DNA of 13,537 nt from a virus: positions 1-13,537 of the IMG/VR virus record IMGVR_UViG_3300012662_000073; one strand, written 5' to 3'. The position numbers and the translations under genes were made by a program. Below are positions 1 through 8,095 of this stretch, one piece after another. The first letter of the stretch is position 1; each line of letters starts with the position of its first letter. The notes beneath the pieces are model-generated. The model was not told where the DNA came from. It was given only the letters and a program-made list of their open reading frames with translations, and ran no database searches.

Positions 1-47
1 CAATCCTGAGTAATTCCAGCCAGTGTAATACTTGAGCAATCTGCCAT
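1..47 (-). CDS. Hypothetical protein, 5' end only (MADCSSITLAGITQD...), continues past the left edge of the window
   Basis: ATG at 47..45 lies 29 nt downstream of the capsid gene stop, on the same strand as all other genes. Only 15 codons are visible. Confidence 0.3.
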   Translation of the reverse strand, partial: MADCSSITLAGITQD

Positions 48-76
48 ATTCTTTATTTATTTAATCGTTAATTAAT

Positions 77-988
77 CTACGCTATATCCTTTCCACCAAG
101 TACAATCTGATCAGAGAATGCATACTGAACACCAGCATTAGCCTCAATAACAAGTCGAAATTCCCTGTTGTCTTTGGAATAGAAGAAATCAAACACCTCT
201 TCATCATTTACGAGGTCGCAACCGAAGAAAAGATCCTGTGGACGAGCAGCAAAAATATAATCAGTTCCGTTAAGACCGTTAACAGCAACTACTCGTACGT
301 TGGTTCCAGGGAAATAAATCTCTTCATCAACTCCCTTGCCATCATAGTGGAAAAGATTCTTCTCCATAAGCTCGTTAGTGAACTTACGATATACATCAGC
401 ACCTACGAAGATAACTGCACCATCAAGAACCTTCTCCGGAATAGCCATATAAACAGCCTTGATAGCACCATATGCACCAGCAGTTACATCTGCATCCACT
501 TTATTGATATTTGCATCAGCCTTAGCAATCTTGAGAAGACCATCGAAAATCTTGAGATTAGCATCACCAGAAGCAGTATCACCCTGCCAAATAGCGGTCT
601 CGATCTTTGCTTTTACATCAGCGATAACAGCGTTAACGAAATCCTCTTCAAACGGAAGTGTCTTCTGTCCAGCTGCTACGCGAACTGCGTACTGCGTCCA
701 ATATTTAAGCATTGTTTTATCGCAGTAAGCCATATTTACTTTGAAATTACCAGTCTTAATCGTACGCTGCGAAAGAGTCTGTGAGCCCTTTTCGTCCCAA
801 CCACAAGCAAGTCCATCACCGAACTCTACATCAGTTGAAAGAAGATTAATAACTGCATCTGTTTTAATATCTGTCTGGAGATTGAACATCGAAGCACTCT
901 TTGCTCCAAGAACAGCCTCCTTAATAAGGGGAAGTCTACGCTCTTCTACATAAGCCGGAAGAGTTGTCATAACTGGTGAATTTGCCAT
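77..988 (-). CDS. Major capsid protein (HK97-fold type), 303 aa
   Basis: Intact ORF from ATG 988 to TAG 79..77. It sits directly after the protease and scaffold-like genes. By eye, length and sequence character are typical of HK97-like capsid proteins. It has three Trp codons, all TGG, and no TGA. Confidence 0.75.
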   Translation of the reverse strand: MANSPVMTTLPAYVEERRLPLIKEAVLGAKSASMFNLQTDIKTDAVINLLSTDVEFGDGLACGWDEKGSQTLSQRTIKTGNFKVNMAYCDKTMLKYWTQYAVRVAAGQKTLPFEEDFVNAVIADVKAKIETAIWQGDTASGDANLKIFDGLLKIAKADANINKVDADVTAGAYGAIKAVYMAIPEKVLDGAVIFVGADVYRKFTNELMEKNLFHYDGKGVDEEIYFPGTNVRVVAVNGLNGTDYIFAARPQDLFFGCDLVNDEEVFDFFYSKDNREFRLVIEANAGVQYAFSDQIVLGGKDIA

Positions 989-990
989 TT

Positions 991-1455
991 CTAAATATAT
1001 TTTTTACAATTTTTAAAAACTGCTCTCAAATCGTCTTTTGGAGCAATAACATCTTCTATTTCTTCTGTAGCTGGTTTAGCAACAGATTTATCTTCAATTG
1101 CATTTATACGCTCAGTAATTGCCTTTTCAAAAGCATCAATACGAGCATACAATTCATTTACCTCTTTACGAAGATTTTCTATATCCTCGGTTTCTTTTTC
1201 TGGAATAACCTCTTCAAGAGTCTCTTTCTCTTCTGGTTCAACAATCTTACCTTCCTTTACTTGGATTGGAGTTTCGTTAACAATATATTCACCATCTGGA
1301 ATATCTGCATATTCTCCATTCTCAGTAACGAGATATACTTCAGAACCAATTTCAAGACTCTCAAAAGCAATCTTTGTTCCGTCTTCAAGAACAACCTCAG
1401 TAAGGTCAGAAAGCATCTTTGCAAGAGCAATTCTTAAATCATTCAATTTACTCAT
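991..1455 (-). CDS. Scaffolding-like acidic coiled-coil protein, 154 aa
   Basis: Intact ORF ending in TAG 993..991, 2 nt before the capsid ATG. It is rich in E/K/I with a heptad-like central region (EEKETLEEVIPEKETEDIENLRKEVNELYARIDAFEKAI). Its position between protease and capsid is the classical scaffold slot. Confidence 0.5.
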   Translation of the reverse strand: MSKLNDLRIALAKMLSDLTEVVLEDGTKIAFESLEIGSEVYLVTENGEYADIPDGEYIVNETPIQVKEGKIVEPEEKETLEEVIPEKETEDIENLRKEVNELYARIDAFEKAITERINAIEDKSVAKPATEEIEDVIAPKDDLRAVFKNCKKYI

Positions 1456-1967
1456 TATCGAGTTGTTTTAATTTTGTTAAACAAATCATCTCTTTTTATC
1501 TCTGCTTCTATAGAGAAGCCAGAGTAGTTTTCATTTATTATTCTGTTATACAGATCTGGATTTTCAACCAAGTAAGTGATAAACAGAGTACCATCTGGTA
1601 GATCCTCAAATCCATTTAAGATATTGCGAGTAGAATCCTTGATATATACTTCTATTGGTTTAATTCCGGTAAGTAGTTGACCATTGTGCATAATCGAAAC
1701 ATTTTTTGTGTTTCCAGATGTAATTAAGTCACTAGCAAACCGTTTAATTGCTTCTTTACTAAAGACTAAGTAATATTCTCCGGATTCATCTCGTCTATAT
1801 ATCTTCATATCTGGAATAAGAATCGGTCCAGTTATTGATCTCTGATTGTTATCTGATTGAAATCGAATCTGTTTATTAAACAGAATAAAATCGCTTTCGA
1901 TTGCTGGTCTATCTACAAGAGATATACAATCTATGAAAGCATTGTTAACGTAATAAACAGGAATCAT
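1455..1967 (-). CDS. Prohead protease, XkdF-like (Peptidase_S78_2-type), 170 aa
   Basis: I prefer ATG 1967 (MIPVYY...), which lies 1 nt after the upstream TAA. The track's GTG start at 1985 would overlap the upstream gene. The pattern ISLVDRPAIESDF ... ITGPILIPDMKIYRRDESGEY ... SGFSIEAEI resembles the XkdF family as I remember it. The TAA stop overlaps the next ATG (TAATG). Confidence 0.6.
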   Translation of the reverse strand: MIPVYYVNNAFIDCISLVDRPAIESDFILFNKQIRFQSDNNQRSITGPILIPDMKIYRRDESGEYYLVFSKEAIKRFASDLITSGNTKNVSIMHNGQLLTGIKPIEVYIKDSTRNILNGFEDLPDGTLFITYLVENPDLYNRIINENYSGFSIEAEIKRDDLFNKIKTTR

Positions 1968-1968
1968 A

Positions 1969-2649
1969 TTAAAAATTATAAACACACTTTATCTTGTTCT
2001 GGGAATGCAATTTAAGTCTACCAGATAAGACAGAGTTATAAAACCTATACTGATATGGAGTAGGAACGTTCTCAGTAACCCAAGTAGCAAGACGGCCAAT
2101 CCTACCAGCCAGGTATGAGAGGGGTGTAATTACGGTTTTTCTACGAGTTTTATAAAAGCAATTCTTCATAAGCAATTGGATTTTCTTTAAGAACTTACGA
2201 AGGCGGTTTTTTCCAACTCCCACATATTCAGCAAGTTGCGCCCAACTCATTTTAATATCAAGAGTGTCGGAAAATGCAGCACATCTCGTTTTGAGAATAA
2301 TCCCCTTTTCAATGGAAGTGTAATTTGCCTTAAGAAAAGATCTGTTTACGAGATAATACGACTTGTAATTAAGTGAAATCACATAATGCTGTTTTCCCAT
2401 CTTACCGCGCCTGTAAGAGAGATTAATTAAACCAACTTTCGCAATTGCCTTTACTAGGTCGGATACTCTGTCCAAATCTTTTATTTTCAAACACTTAGCA
2501 AGATAAGCTCGGTTTACTTGCTGGTGATCTGTAATCATCTTTACGATATATAAATAAGTAGTTGCTTGTACATCAGTAAGCAATCTAACTCTATAATCGA
2601 TTCTGAAATAATTTTTCATAATCATTGTTATTTTAATAATCATTATCAT
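1969..2649 (-). CDS. Winged-helix DNA-binding protein, paralog A (replication-initiator-like or operon regulator)
   Basis: Intact ORF ending in TAA 1971..1969. Possible ATG starts are 2649, 2643, 2625 and 2619. Comparison with paralog B (MNKNYF...) favours 2619 or 2625 (M(IM)KNYF...). It shares the layout KNYF - wHTH - basic beta hairpin (GKQHYVISLNYKSYYLV vs GRKYVDYIIVKPKYYVV) - second HTH with the 12477..13169 product. There are no TGA codons. Confidence 0.55.
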   Translation of the reverse strand: MIMIIKITMIMKNYFRIDYRVRLLTDVQATTYLYIVKMITDHQQVNRAYLAKCLKIKDLDRVSDLVKAIAKVGLINLSYRRGKMGKQHYVISLNYKSYYLVNRSFLKANYTSIEKGIILKTRCAAFSDTLDIKMSWAQLAEYVGVGKNRLRKFLKKIQLLMKNCFYKTRRKTVITPLSYLAGRIGRLATWVTENVPTPYQYRFYNSVLSGRLKLHSQNKIKCVYNF

Positions 2650-2667
2650 TTTAATAGTTAATAGTCT

Positions 2668-2700
2668 AAGAAAACCTCCCAGACCGAATTATCCGGGAGG
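2668..2700 (-). terminator. Rho-independent terminator-like hairpin upstream of paralog A
   Basis: The minus strand reads CCTCCCGGATAATTCGGTCTGGGAGG followed by TTTTCTT. The stem is 6 perfect bp (2675..2680 / 2695..2700), extendable with G-U pairs. Confidence 0.5.
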
Positions 2701-2769
2701 ACCATTTCAAAATCGACTATCGAGAGAAAAACAAAACTCTCTCTATATATAATGTAAGGGGGTACACAC

Positions 2770-2789
2770 TTTTTGGGCATTTTTGGGCC
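2770..2789. repeat. Tandem 10-bp repeat TTTTTGGGC(N) x2 (minus strand GCCCAAAAA)
   Basis: The copies at 2770..2778 and 2780..2788 are identical. They are followed in the direction of transcription by TATATATA and a hairpin, mirroring the layout upstream of paralog B. Confidence 0.6.
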
Positions 2790-2800
2790 TAATTTTGAAT

Positions 2801-2875
2801 AATTTTTTTAATTTTTTTCGTAAGTGATTGATAATCATCGAGAAAAAATTTAAAATTTTTTTTAAAATTTTTTTT
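2801..2875. promoter_or_regulatory. AT-only phased T-tract block with a central inverted repeat (candidate DNA-unwinding or bent element)
   Basis: AATTTTTTT occurs x2 (2801..2818) and AAAATTTTTTTT x2 (2852..2875). These flank TTTTTTTCG-taagTGATTgatAATCAt-CGAGAAAAAA. Confidence 0.45.
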
Positions 2876-2986
2876 CGGAGACTCAACAATTCCTTTACCT
2901 GGCTTGTAGGATCATCCAAAATAAGACAATCAAAAGATTCTTTTTCGGAGCCAGCGGGAGAGTTTCTTTATAGTACATTGTAAATA

Positions 2987-3004
2987 TATGAAATATATTT
3001 CATA
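2987..3004. repeat. 18-bp perfect palindrome TATGAAATATATTTCATA
   Basis: Read directly from the sequence. It lies 27 nt downstream of the terminase stop. The stem is AT-only, so it is weak as a terminator. Confidence 0.6.
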
Positions 3005-3030
3005 CACTAGGGTGTCTCATTATCAATAAG

Positions 3031-4230
3031 TTAACCTATTCTGTATGTTCCGAGGTTTTTTTTGATTGCATAACAAGTAATTGCGAGTGACATACAAGCA
3101 TCATCTGGACAATTCTTTCCTGCGTATGTTATAAGATTTCCTTTATAAACGGCTTGAAATGCTTGTAGTTCTCTAATCAACTCTTTGTTGTTAATTATTT
3201 TTATTCGTTTTTGTTCAAAAAGTATTTGTAATCACTCTACAATATCTCTTTTACTCGAATTGGTTGTAGTTCATTCTGTTATCGGAATTGTAGTGTATTT
3301 CTTTAAGAGATCGATGTATGCCTTTCCCATCGAATTGCCTTCGCAAACTACTTTATTCGGTTTGTATTTATTAACGATCTCAGCAATTCATTTAACTCGT
3401 TCAACGGGCTCTAGCTGGTTGTTATATTGGAAATCAATCATTTCGTAATCTCTATTCATAACTGTTACAGCAGTATAATCTCCACCAACAGACGAACTAC
3501 AATCCACTCCTATTACTAGCCCGTTTTTGTGGGTAGGTTCTCCAACTGCATCTAGTATATTATTAAAAAGCAATCCTTGTCCTGCTGGAGCGAATTGTCC
3601 TAGTATTTCAGTCATATAACGCATTGGAGAATATTGTTCTTTTAAACGATCTAATTCTTCAGGCGAATAAACGAGATTCACATATTTCGATCAATCATAA
3701 ACAATTGTGTTTTTATTGTTATAAAGATCTCAAATATATCCCTCTGCCGTTAACGGGCTGGAAATATAAATAGTCAACGCTTTCTTCACCCTACGTAAAG
3801 GGAGTGCAGTCATAATAAAATCCGGGTCGAGAAAACAACATTCATCTAGCACAAGAAAGTTTTCCGCAGTTAATCCTCGTAAGGAGTCTTTTTGTTGTCC
3901 CGATCTAAAAAAGATTCTGGAACCATTTATGAAACATAATTCAAGTGTTTGGTAATTCACTTGCTTTATAAGGTTTGCTCCATTTAACATTTTAACAACA
4001 TCCTGCATTTGTGATCGAGATTGTTGTAACGTAGGTGCAATATAAACCCCATCTCCAATTAATTCAAGAGATGATTTAATCATCAAAAGAGCGATTGTAG
4101 AGCTTTTAAAAAATTGTCTCGGCGCAATTATGAGTATATCTTTATTTTGGTTTCGGAAACCCATCCGAGTAACATCAGACAGCAACTCTTTTTGCCAAAC
4201 TGTCAGATTGTTTGGAAGTACTATTTTCAT
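3031..4230 (-). CDS. terL: Terminase large subunit, 399 aa, with five in-frame TGA codons
   Basis: The gene runs from ATG 4230 to TAA 3033..3031. It has a Walker A-like motif IIAPRQFFKSST, Walker B LVLDE, coupling motif ISSP and nuclease-domain acidic motifs (VIGVDCSS..GGDYTAVTV; CPDDACMSLAI). Track fragments 3730..4230 and 3388..3681, plus the untracked 3031..3387, are in one frame. They are joined by TGA at 3730, 3691, 3388, 3271 and 3232. Confidence 0.8.
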
Positions 4231-4232
4231 AT

Positions 4233-4667
4233 TTATTCAATCTTTATTTCGCTCTGTTTTAAATTATATAAACGCTCCCAAGTAATTCGAGAGTTAATTA
4301 AGTGATCTTTATTTCATTGTCCTACTCCAATACAGCCTTGTGTTTCCGAAACTCAGTTCAGTGGGTGACATAACACACCTTCCCAGCAAGGCACATCAAG
4401 TAAACGAGGCATCTTTCCATCACAAAAATCTTTGTAGTATTTAATCTTACTGTATTTGGGAGATTTTATTTCATACGATATTTTATATGTCCCAGTAGGA
4501 ATTGCTGTCTTAGAAGGGATTTTAACCCGCTTTATAAGGCTTGTAGGATCATCTTTTTTAAGGCCTCTATCAGTTGGTTCAAGAGTATCACAAAAGTATT
4601 TGTTGTCGATATATAATTCTCCCTGCGTATACTCTGGTTGTTTGTTTGTTCTTTTTAAAATTAGCAT
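4233..4667 (-). CDS. DUF5675-like protein (possible cell-wall-active enzyme), 144 aa, with two in-frame TGA codons
   Basis: The gene runs from ATG 4667 to TAA 4235..4233. The pattern TQGELYIDNKYFCDTLEP ... AIPTGTYKI ... MPRLLDVPCWEGVLCHPLN-TGA-VSETQGCIGVGQ matches my memory of DUF5675 (T.G.L..C.TLE .. IP.G.Y .. VP...iH.GN...T.GCI.vG). The TGA codons are at 4353 and 4314. Confidence 0.5.
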
Positions 4668-4670
4668 ATT

Positions 4671-4713
4671 AAAAAGTCTGCCAGGTTGTCATACTACTGT
4701 CAGAATGGCAGAC
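4671..4713 (-). terminator. Terminator-like hairpin 3 nt upstream of the DUF5675 start codon
   Basis: The minus strand reads GTCTGCCA-(22 nt)-TGGCAGAC TTTTT AAT ATG. The stem is 8 perfect bp (4676..4683 / 4706..4713). Confidence 0.45.
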
Positions 4714-5163
4714 ATTATTTCTGGCATAGTATTTGTATATATAATATTCGGATCGAGATACACCTCGATAGGATAGTGGGAAAGGGAAAGCCCTCCGATG
4801 TAGTAGAAACTAAAGTATAGCCTGCATTGAGCCTCAGTTGTGTTAATTGATTTTAAGATGAATTAATCTTAAATAGCACCTGCCAAAAAGACCATCACAT
4901 ATAACAAGGGAACTTGCAAAGTGTATTTCAGAGTGAAGCAAGTAGTGGTACTCAGCCACTCCTAAGTGAAGATAAACTCAGCGATCTTACTCGGTAGTCA
5001 TTCCAGAAGACAACGTTGAAGGGAACAAAATTCTTTGTAACGGGTTTATAACCGATTGATTTAATCGTTACTTGGTTTTGTTTTAAAAGACTTTCTCACT
5101 GCCCACCCCCTATATTAAGAGTGATTGGTAATCGAAACTTGCTTTAATAACAAAAGCGAGTAA
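4714..5163. ncRNA. Candidate structured noncoding RNA or long cis-regulatory leader (class not recognised)
   Basis: TAA/TAG stops are dense in all six frames even when TGA is read as sense. Local G/C-rich patches are unusual for this genome (GGGAAAGGGAAAGCCCTCC 4778..4796; GCCCACCCCC 5101..5110). There are several local helices: 4752..4757/4764..4769, 4852..4859/4866..4873, 4912..4917/4938..4943, 4944..4948/4956..4960 and 5053..5057/5063..5067. I could not fold a tRNA. Confidence 0.25.
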
Positions 5164-5196
5164 GGGGAAACTATTCCCTATATGAAACGTTTCCCC
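5146..5196 (-). terminator. Terminator-like hairpin after the tape-measure-like gene
   Basis: The minus strand reads GGGGAAAC-(17 nt)-GTTTCCCC with 8 perfect bp (5164..5171 / 5189..5196), starting 10 nt after the TAG. The following tract TTACTCGCTTTTGTTATT is only moderately T-rich. Confidence 0.4.
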
Positions 5197-5206
5197 ATAG
5201 ACTACT

Positions 5207-8095
5207 CTAGAAAGTTGCATTATCGTTAACTACTTTTACTCGGTTTTGAGCATCAGTAATATCTCTTTCAGTAACATAAACTTTAATTGGTTTGTTAACT
5301 TCATCTATCTCTTTATCTCCGAGTAAGTTACGAGTATATTCTATATTCGGTTGAGTAACAGCAGGCGGAGTAACAGTAGATGCAGATACACTACTTGATG
5401 AACTGAATTGCGTTCTTTGAATTTGTACAACATTTGCAATACCAGCCGCAATTGCAGCAGCAGCCGCAGCAGCACCTAAAAACGGTCCAACATACGGTAT
5501 TGATGCCATTGATTGATAAGAACTATTCGCAGCAGCATAAGTATCCATAATTGCTTGTGTAGTTGCAGCTACCTTATAAGTAGTAAATGCTTTTTTACGT
5601 TGTTCTTCACTCAGTTTTTCGTTTTGTGATTCAGTTTGTGCTATACTAGCCAGACTACTCATTACATTGCTTGCTACACTAAGAGTTGATTGTAATGCTA
5701 GTCGTTTCTTTGCTTGTACAGCATCATATGCTTTTGCGTTATCTTGTTCGTTTTTAATTGCTGCATCACTAAGAGCTATTTCATTCTCTTTAAGAGTACG
5801 CTCTATCTCCAGACGTTGATCAGCAGTTAATTGACTATTCGATAATTGTTCCGTTAAAAGTTTGTTTTCGGCATCTATACGCTGCTTTGTAAGAGCATAA
5901 AGATCATTGTTATACTTGATTGTGTCTGCATATTGTTTTTGGACATCCTCTTTTGATTGATATGTAAATACTTCATTACGATCGAATCCTGCTCCAAATG
6001 CTCTACTAAACTTTTGTCCGTATCTAGTGTTATATGCTTGCTCTTGTGGTTGTCTCAGATTGCTTGTATCACTCAGTTGTCTTATTCGAGCTAGTTCTTC
6101 CTTAAATTGATCATATCTGCTCTTTTGATTCTCTTTTTCATCTTGCTTGTTCTTATCCAGATATTTATTCAATATCTCGTTCTTCTTAACAAGATATATT
6201 TCATCGATTCGAGTACTATCTACACCATATCGTTCAGCCAGAGAAAGCATCTCTTGATACTGTTCATCTAATGCGTTAATTGCATTCTCTTTCTCAGTAT
6301 AAAAGAGTTTTTCAGATTCTTTTAAAAAGCTATTCAGTGCTTCGAGATCTTTATCAATCTCAGTTTTCGTAGTACTACCAGATCCCTCTTTGTCTTTACT
6401 AGCCCAGAAAGGTTTGTATTTCTTTCGGAGTTCCTCTGTTTTGTTCGTTATGTTACTAACAAACTCTGTATATGATTCCTCGTTCTCTTTAAGTGCTTTA
6501 TCTACTTGTGCTTTATTCGCTACTCGTATTGTCTCTACGCTTGTTCCAGTAGCGTATTGTGCTGCATTTTGTAATGCTTTTTGGAGATCTTCTGCACCCT
6601 GTCTTTCGATTTCTAATTGATTGTTGATATACTCAGTAGTCTTCTCAGAAATCTTCTGTCTATATGCATCTATTTGTGCTCTTGCTATAATTGCATTTTT
6701 ATAATCCTCTGTATTATTAACAAAAGCATCTTCAGCATCTTTAACGTCATTTATCTTTAATCCAGTTTTCTCGATTTGTTCGGAGTACTCTTTTAAAAAC
6801 TCCTTTTTATCACCAAACTGATTGTAAACGTTCAAGAGTTCATTAAACGCAGCAAGACTATCTCCAGCTAATTCAGATGTAGTTTTATTAATTGCTTTGT
6901 TAAATTCCTGTTGTGCTTTACTTGCTTTGTAAGTAGCAGCAATTCATTCAAACAATTTAAAAACTGCTGCTGTTATCACTGTTATTAAGGCTGTCCAACC
7001 CACTGTTGAAATTACACTCTTTGTAGCAGACCAAGCTTTACCAAGTTTTGATTGTGCAAACTCAGCCTTTTGTAAGGCAGATTCATATTGCTGTAATTCC
7101 TTTACTTGGCCCGCTTCTTGGTATTGTAAGTCTTTTAAGACTTCTTTTAGCCCTGTGGTTCCGTTCGCGTACTTTTGTTGTACTTGTATTGCTTTATTGT
7201 AGTCCAATCCCATTCCTTGGAGAGCCGCTTTTGCATTTATTCTCGCATCAACAAGAGATTGTCCGTACTGCTCTTGTAATTCCTTTACTTGGTCGTAGTA
7301 TATCGACAATGTCCTATCTGATTCTGAGACTTCTTGGATCTGTTGTTTTACAACTTCAATCGACTTCTGTGTATTAGCAATTAAGTTCTTTTGTCGGCTA
7401 ATTACCTTTGTTTGGTTTGTAATATATTTATCCCACTGTTCATTAACCGGTACAATCGTTTTTTGTTGCTGTTGTAATGCTTGTGTAGTCTGTGCAATTT
7501 CTTTTGATCCACCAGAAACACTTGTAGATATGTTCACATCTCCTATTCCAGCAAGATCTTTAATCGGTTGTATATCCAAGCTATTTAAGGCTTGCGCAGA
7601 TTCTGTTATTCGTCTATTAAACGGACTCAGATTCTCAAACAAGTCGAGTACGCCATCTTTTAAACGATCGAATCATCCTTTTATTGTTGGTAAACTATTT
7701 GCAAGTCCTTCCAATCCACCAATTCCTTGTACAACTGCAATTCCTCCTTGGAGTTTTACAAGCACCTTACTAAGATCATCACCACTCTTACCAAGTAAGG
7801 CAAGTAGTCCATTTAATGCACCGAATCCACCTGCCAATCCAGATCCGATTCGAGAAAGATTCGCTAATTGATCAGCCAGCTTTTGGGTATTCTGCTGGCT
7901 AATCTTATTAACGTTATTTAATTGTGCTTCGTATTGATTTAATCTCTCTATTGTTTTTGTATATTCAGCACTAGTCTTATCTAGGCTTGCTAAATAATCT
8001 TTTAAAGAGTTAATCTCTTTTTTAAGCTGTCTAACGTTTGTAACCGCTTTACCGGTTTGTACGTCAACTATTTTGGTAATTACTGTTTCTGCCAT
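5207..8095 (-). CDS. Tape-measure-like or internal ejection-like protein, 962 aa, with two in-frame TGA codons
   Basis: The gene runs from ATG 8095 to TAG 5209..5207. Track fragments 7673..8095, 6944..7642 and 5207..6835 share one frame and are joined by TGA at 7673 and 6944. The TTG 'starts' of the two downstream fragments are internal Leu codons. The protein has long Q/E/K-rich coiled-coil stretches plus Gly/Ala-rich hydrophobic segments (GSGLAGGFGALNGLLALLG; VGPFLGAAAAAAAIAAGIANVV), as in tape-measure proteins. Confidence 0.6.

Noticed and set aside
58-70. The 12-nt string ATTTAATCGTTA is shared between 59..70 and 5059..5070, both downstream of gene ends.
   Set aside because: An AT-rich 12-mer match is expected several times by chance in a window of this size and composition. 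The distances to the respective stop codons also differ greatly.
347-1437. Plus-strand ORFs in the track: 347..784, 459..728, 741..953 and 976..1437. The same applies to 3185..3448, 4456..4776, 6390..6620, 7048..7377, 7530..7871, 8243..8602, 9781..10005 and 11874..12305.
   Set aside because: All lie antisense to well-supported minus-strand genes. They have low-complexity F/L/I/S/C-rich translations typical of shadow frames in AT-rich DNA, and they lack plausible start contexts.
2895-3020. A small minus-strand ORF (42 aa with TGA=W, MRHPSVWNIFHIFTMYYKETLPLAPKKNLLIVLFWMILQAR) as a possible holin-like peptide.
   Set aside because: The hydrophobic stretch is only about 11 residues, too short for a transmembrane helix. 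The ORF overlaps the 18-bp palindrome and repeat elements, and nothing supports a start context. I treat it as noncoding.
4944-5020. tRNA-like elements in the noncoding island. One is a 5-bp stem with a 7-nt loop CUGAGUA (minus strand, 4960..4944). The other is a CTTCAAC heptamer (minus strand, 5020..5014) that could present a UCA anticodon.
   Set aside because: Flanking sequence does not form acceptor, D or T arms. The stems around CTTCAAC do not pair, and position 37 of the first loop is a pyrimidine. There is no T-loop consensus with a paired stem anywhere in 4668..5206. No suppressor tRNA can be claimed in this window.
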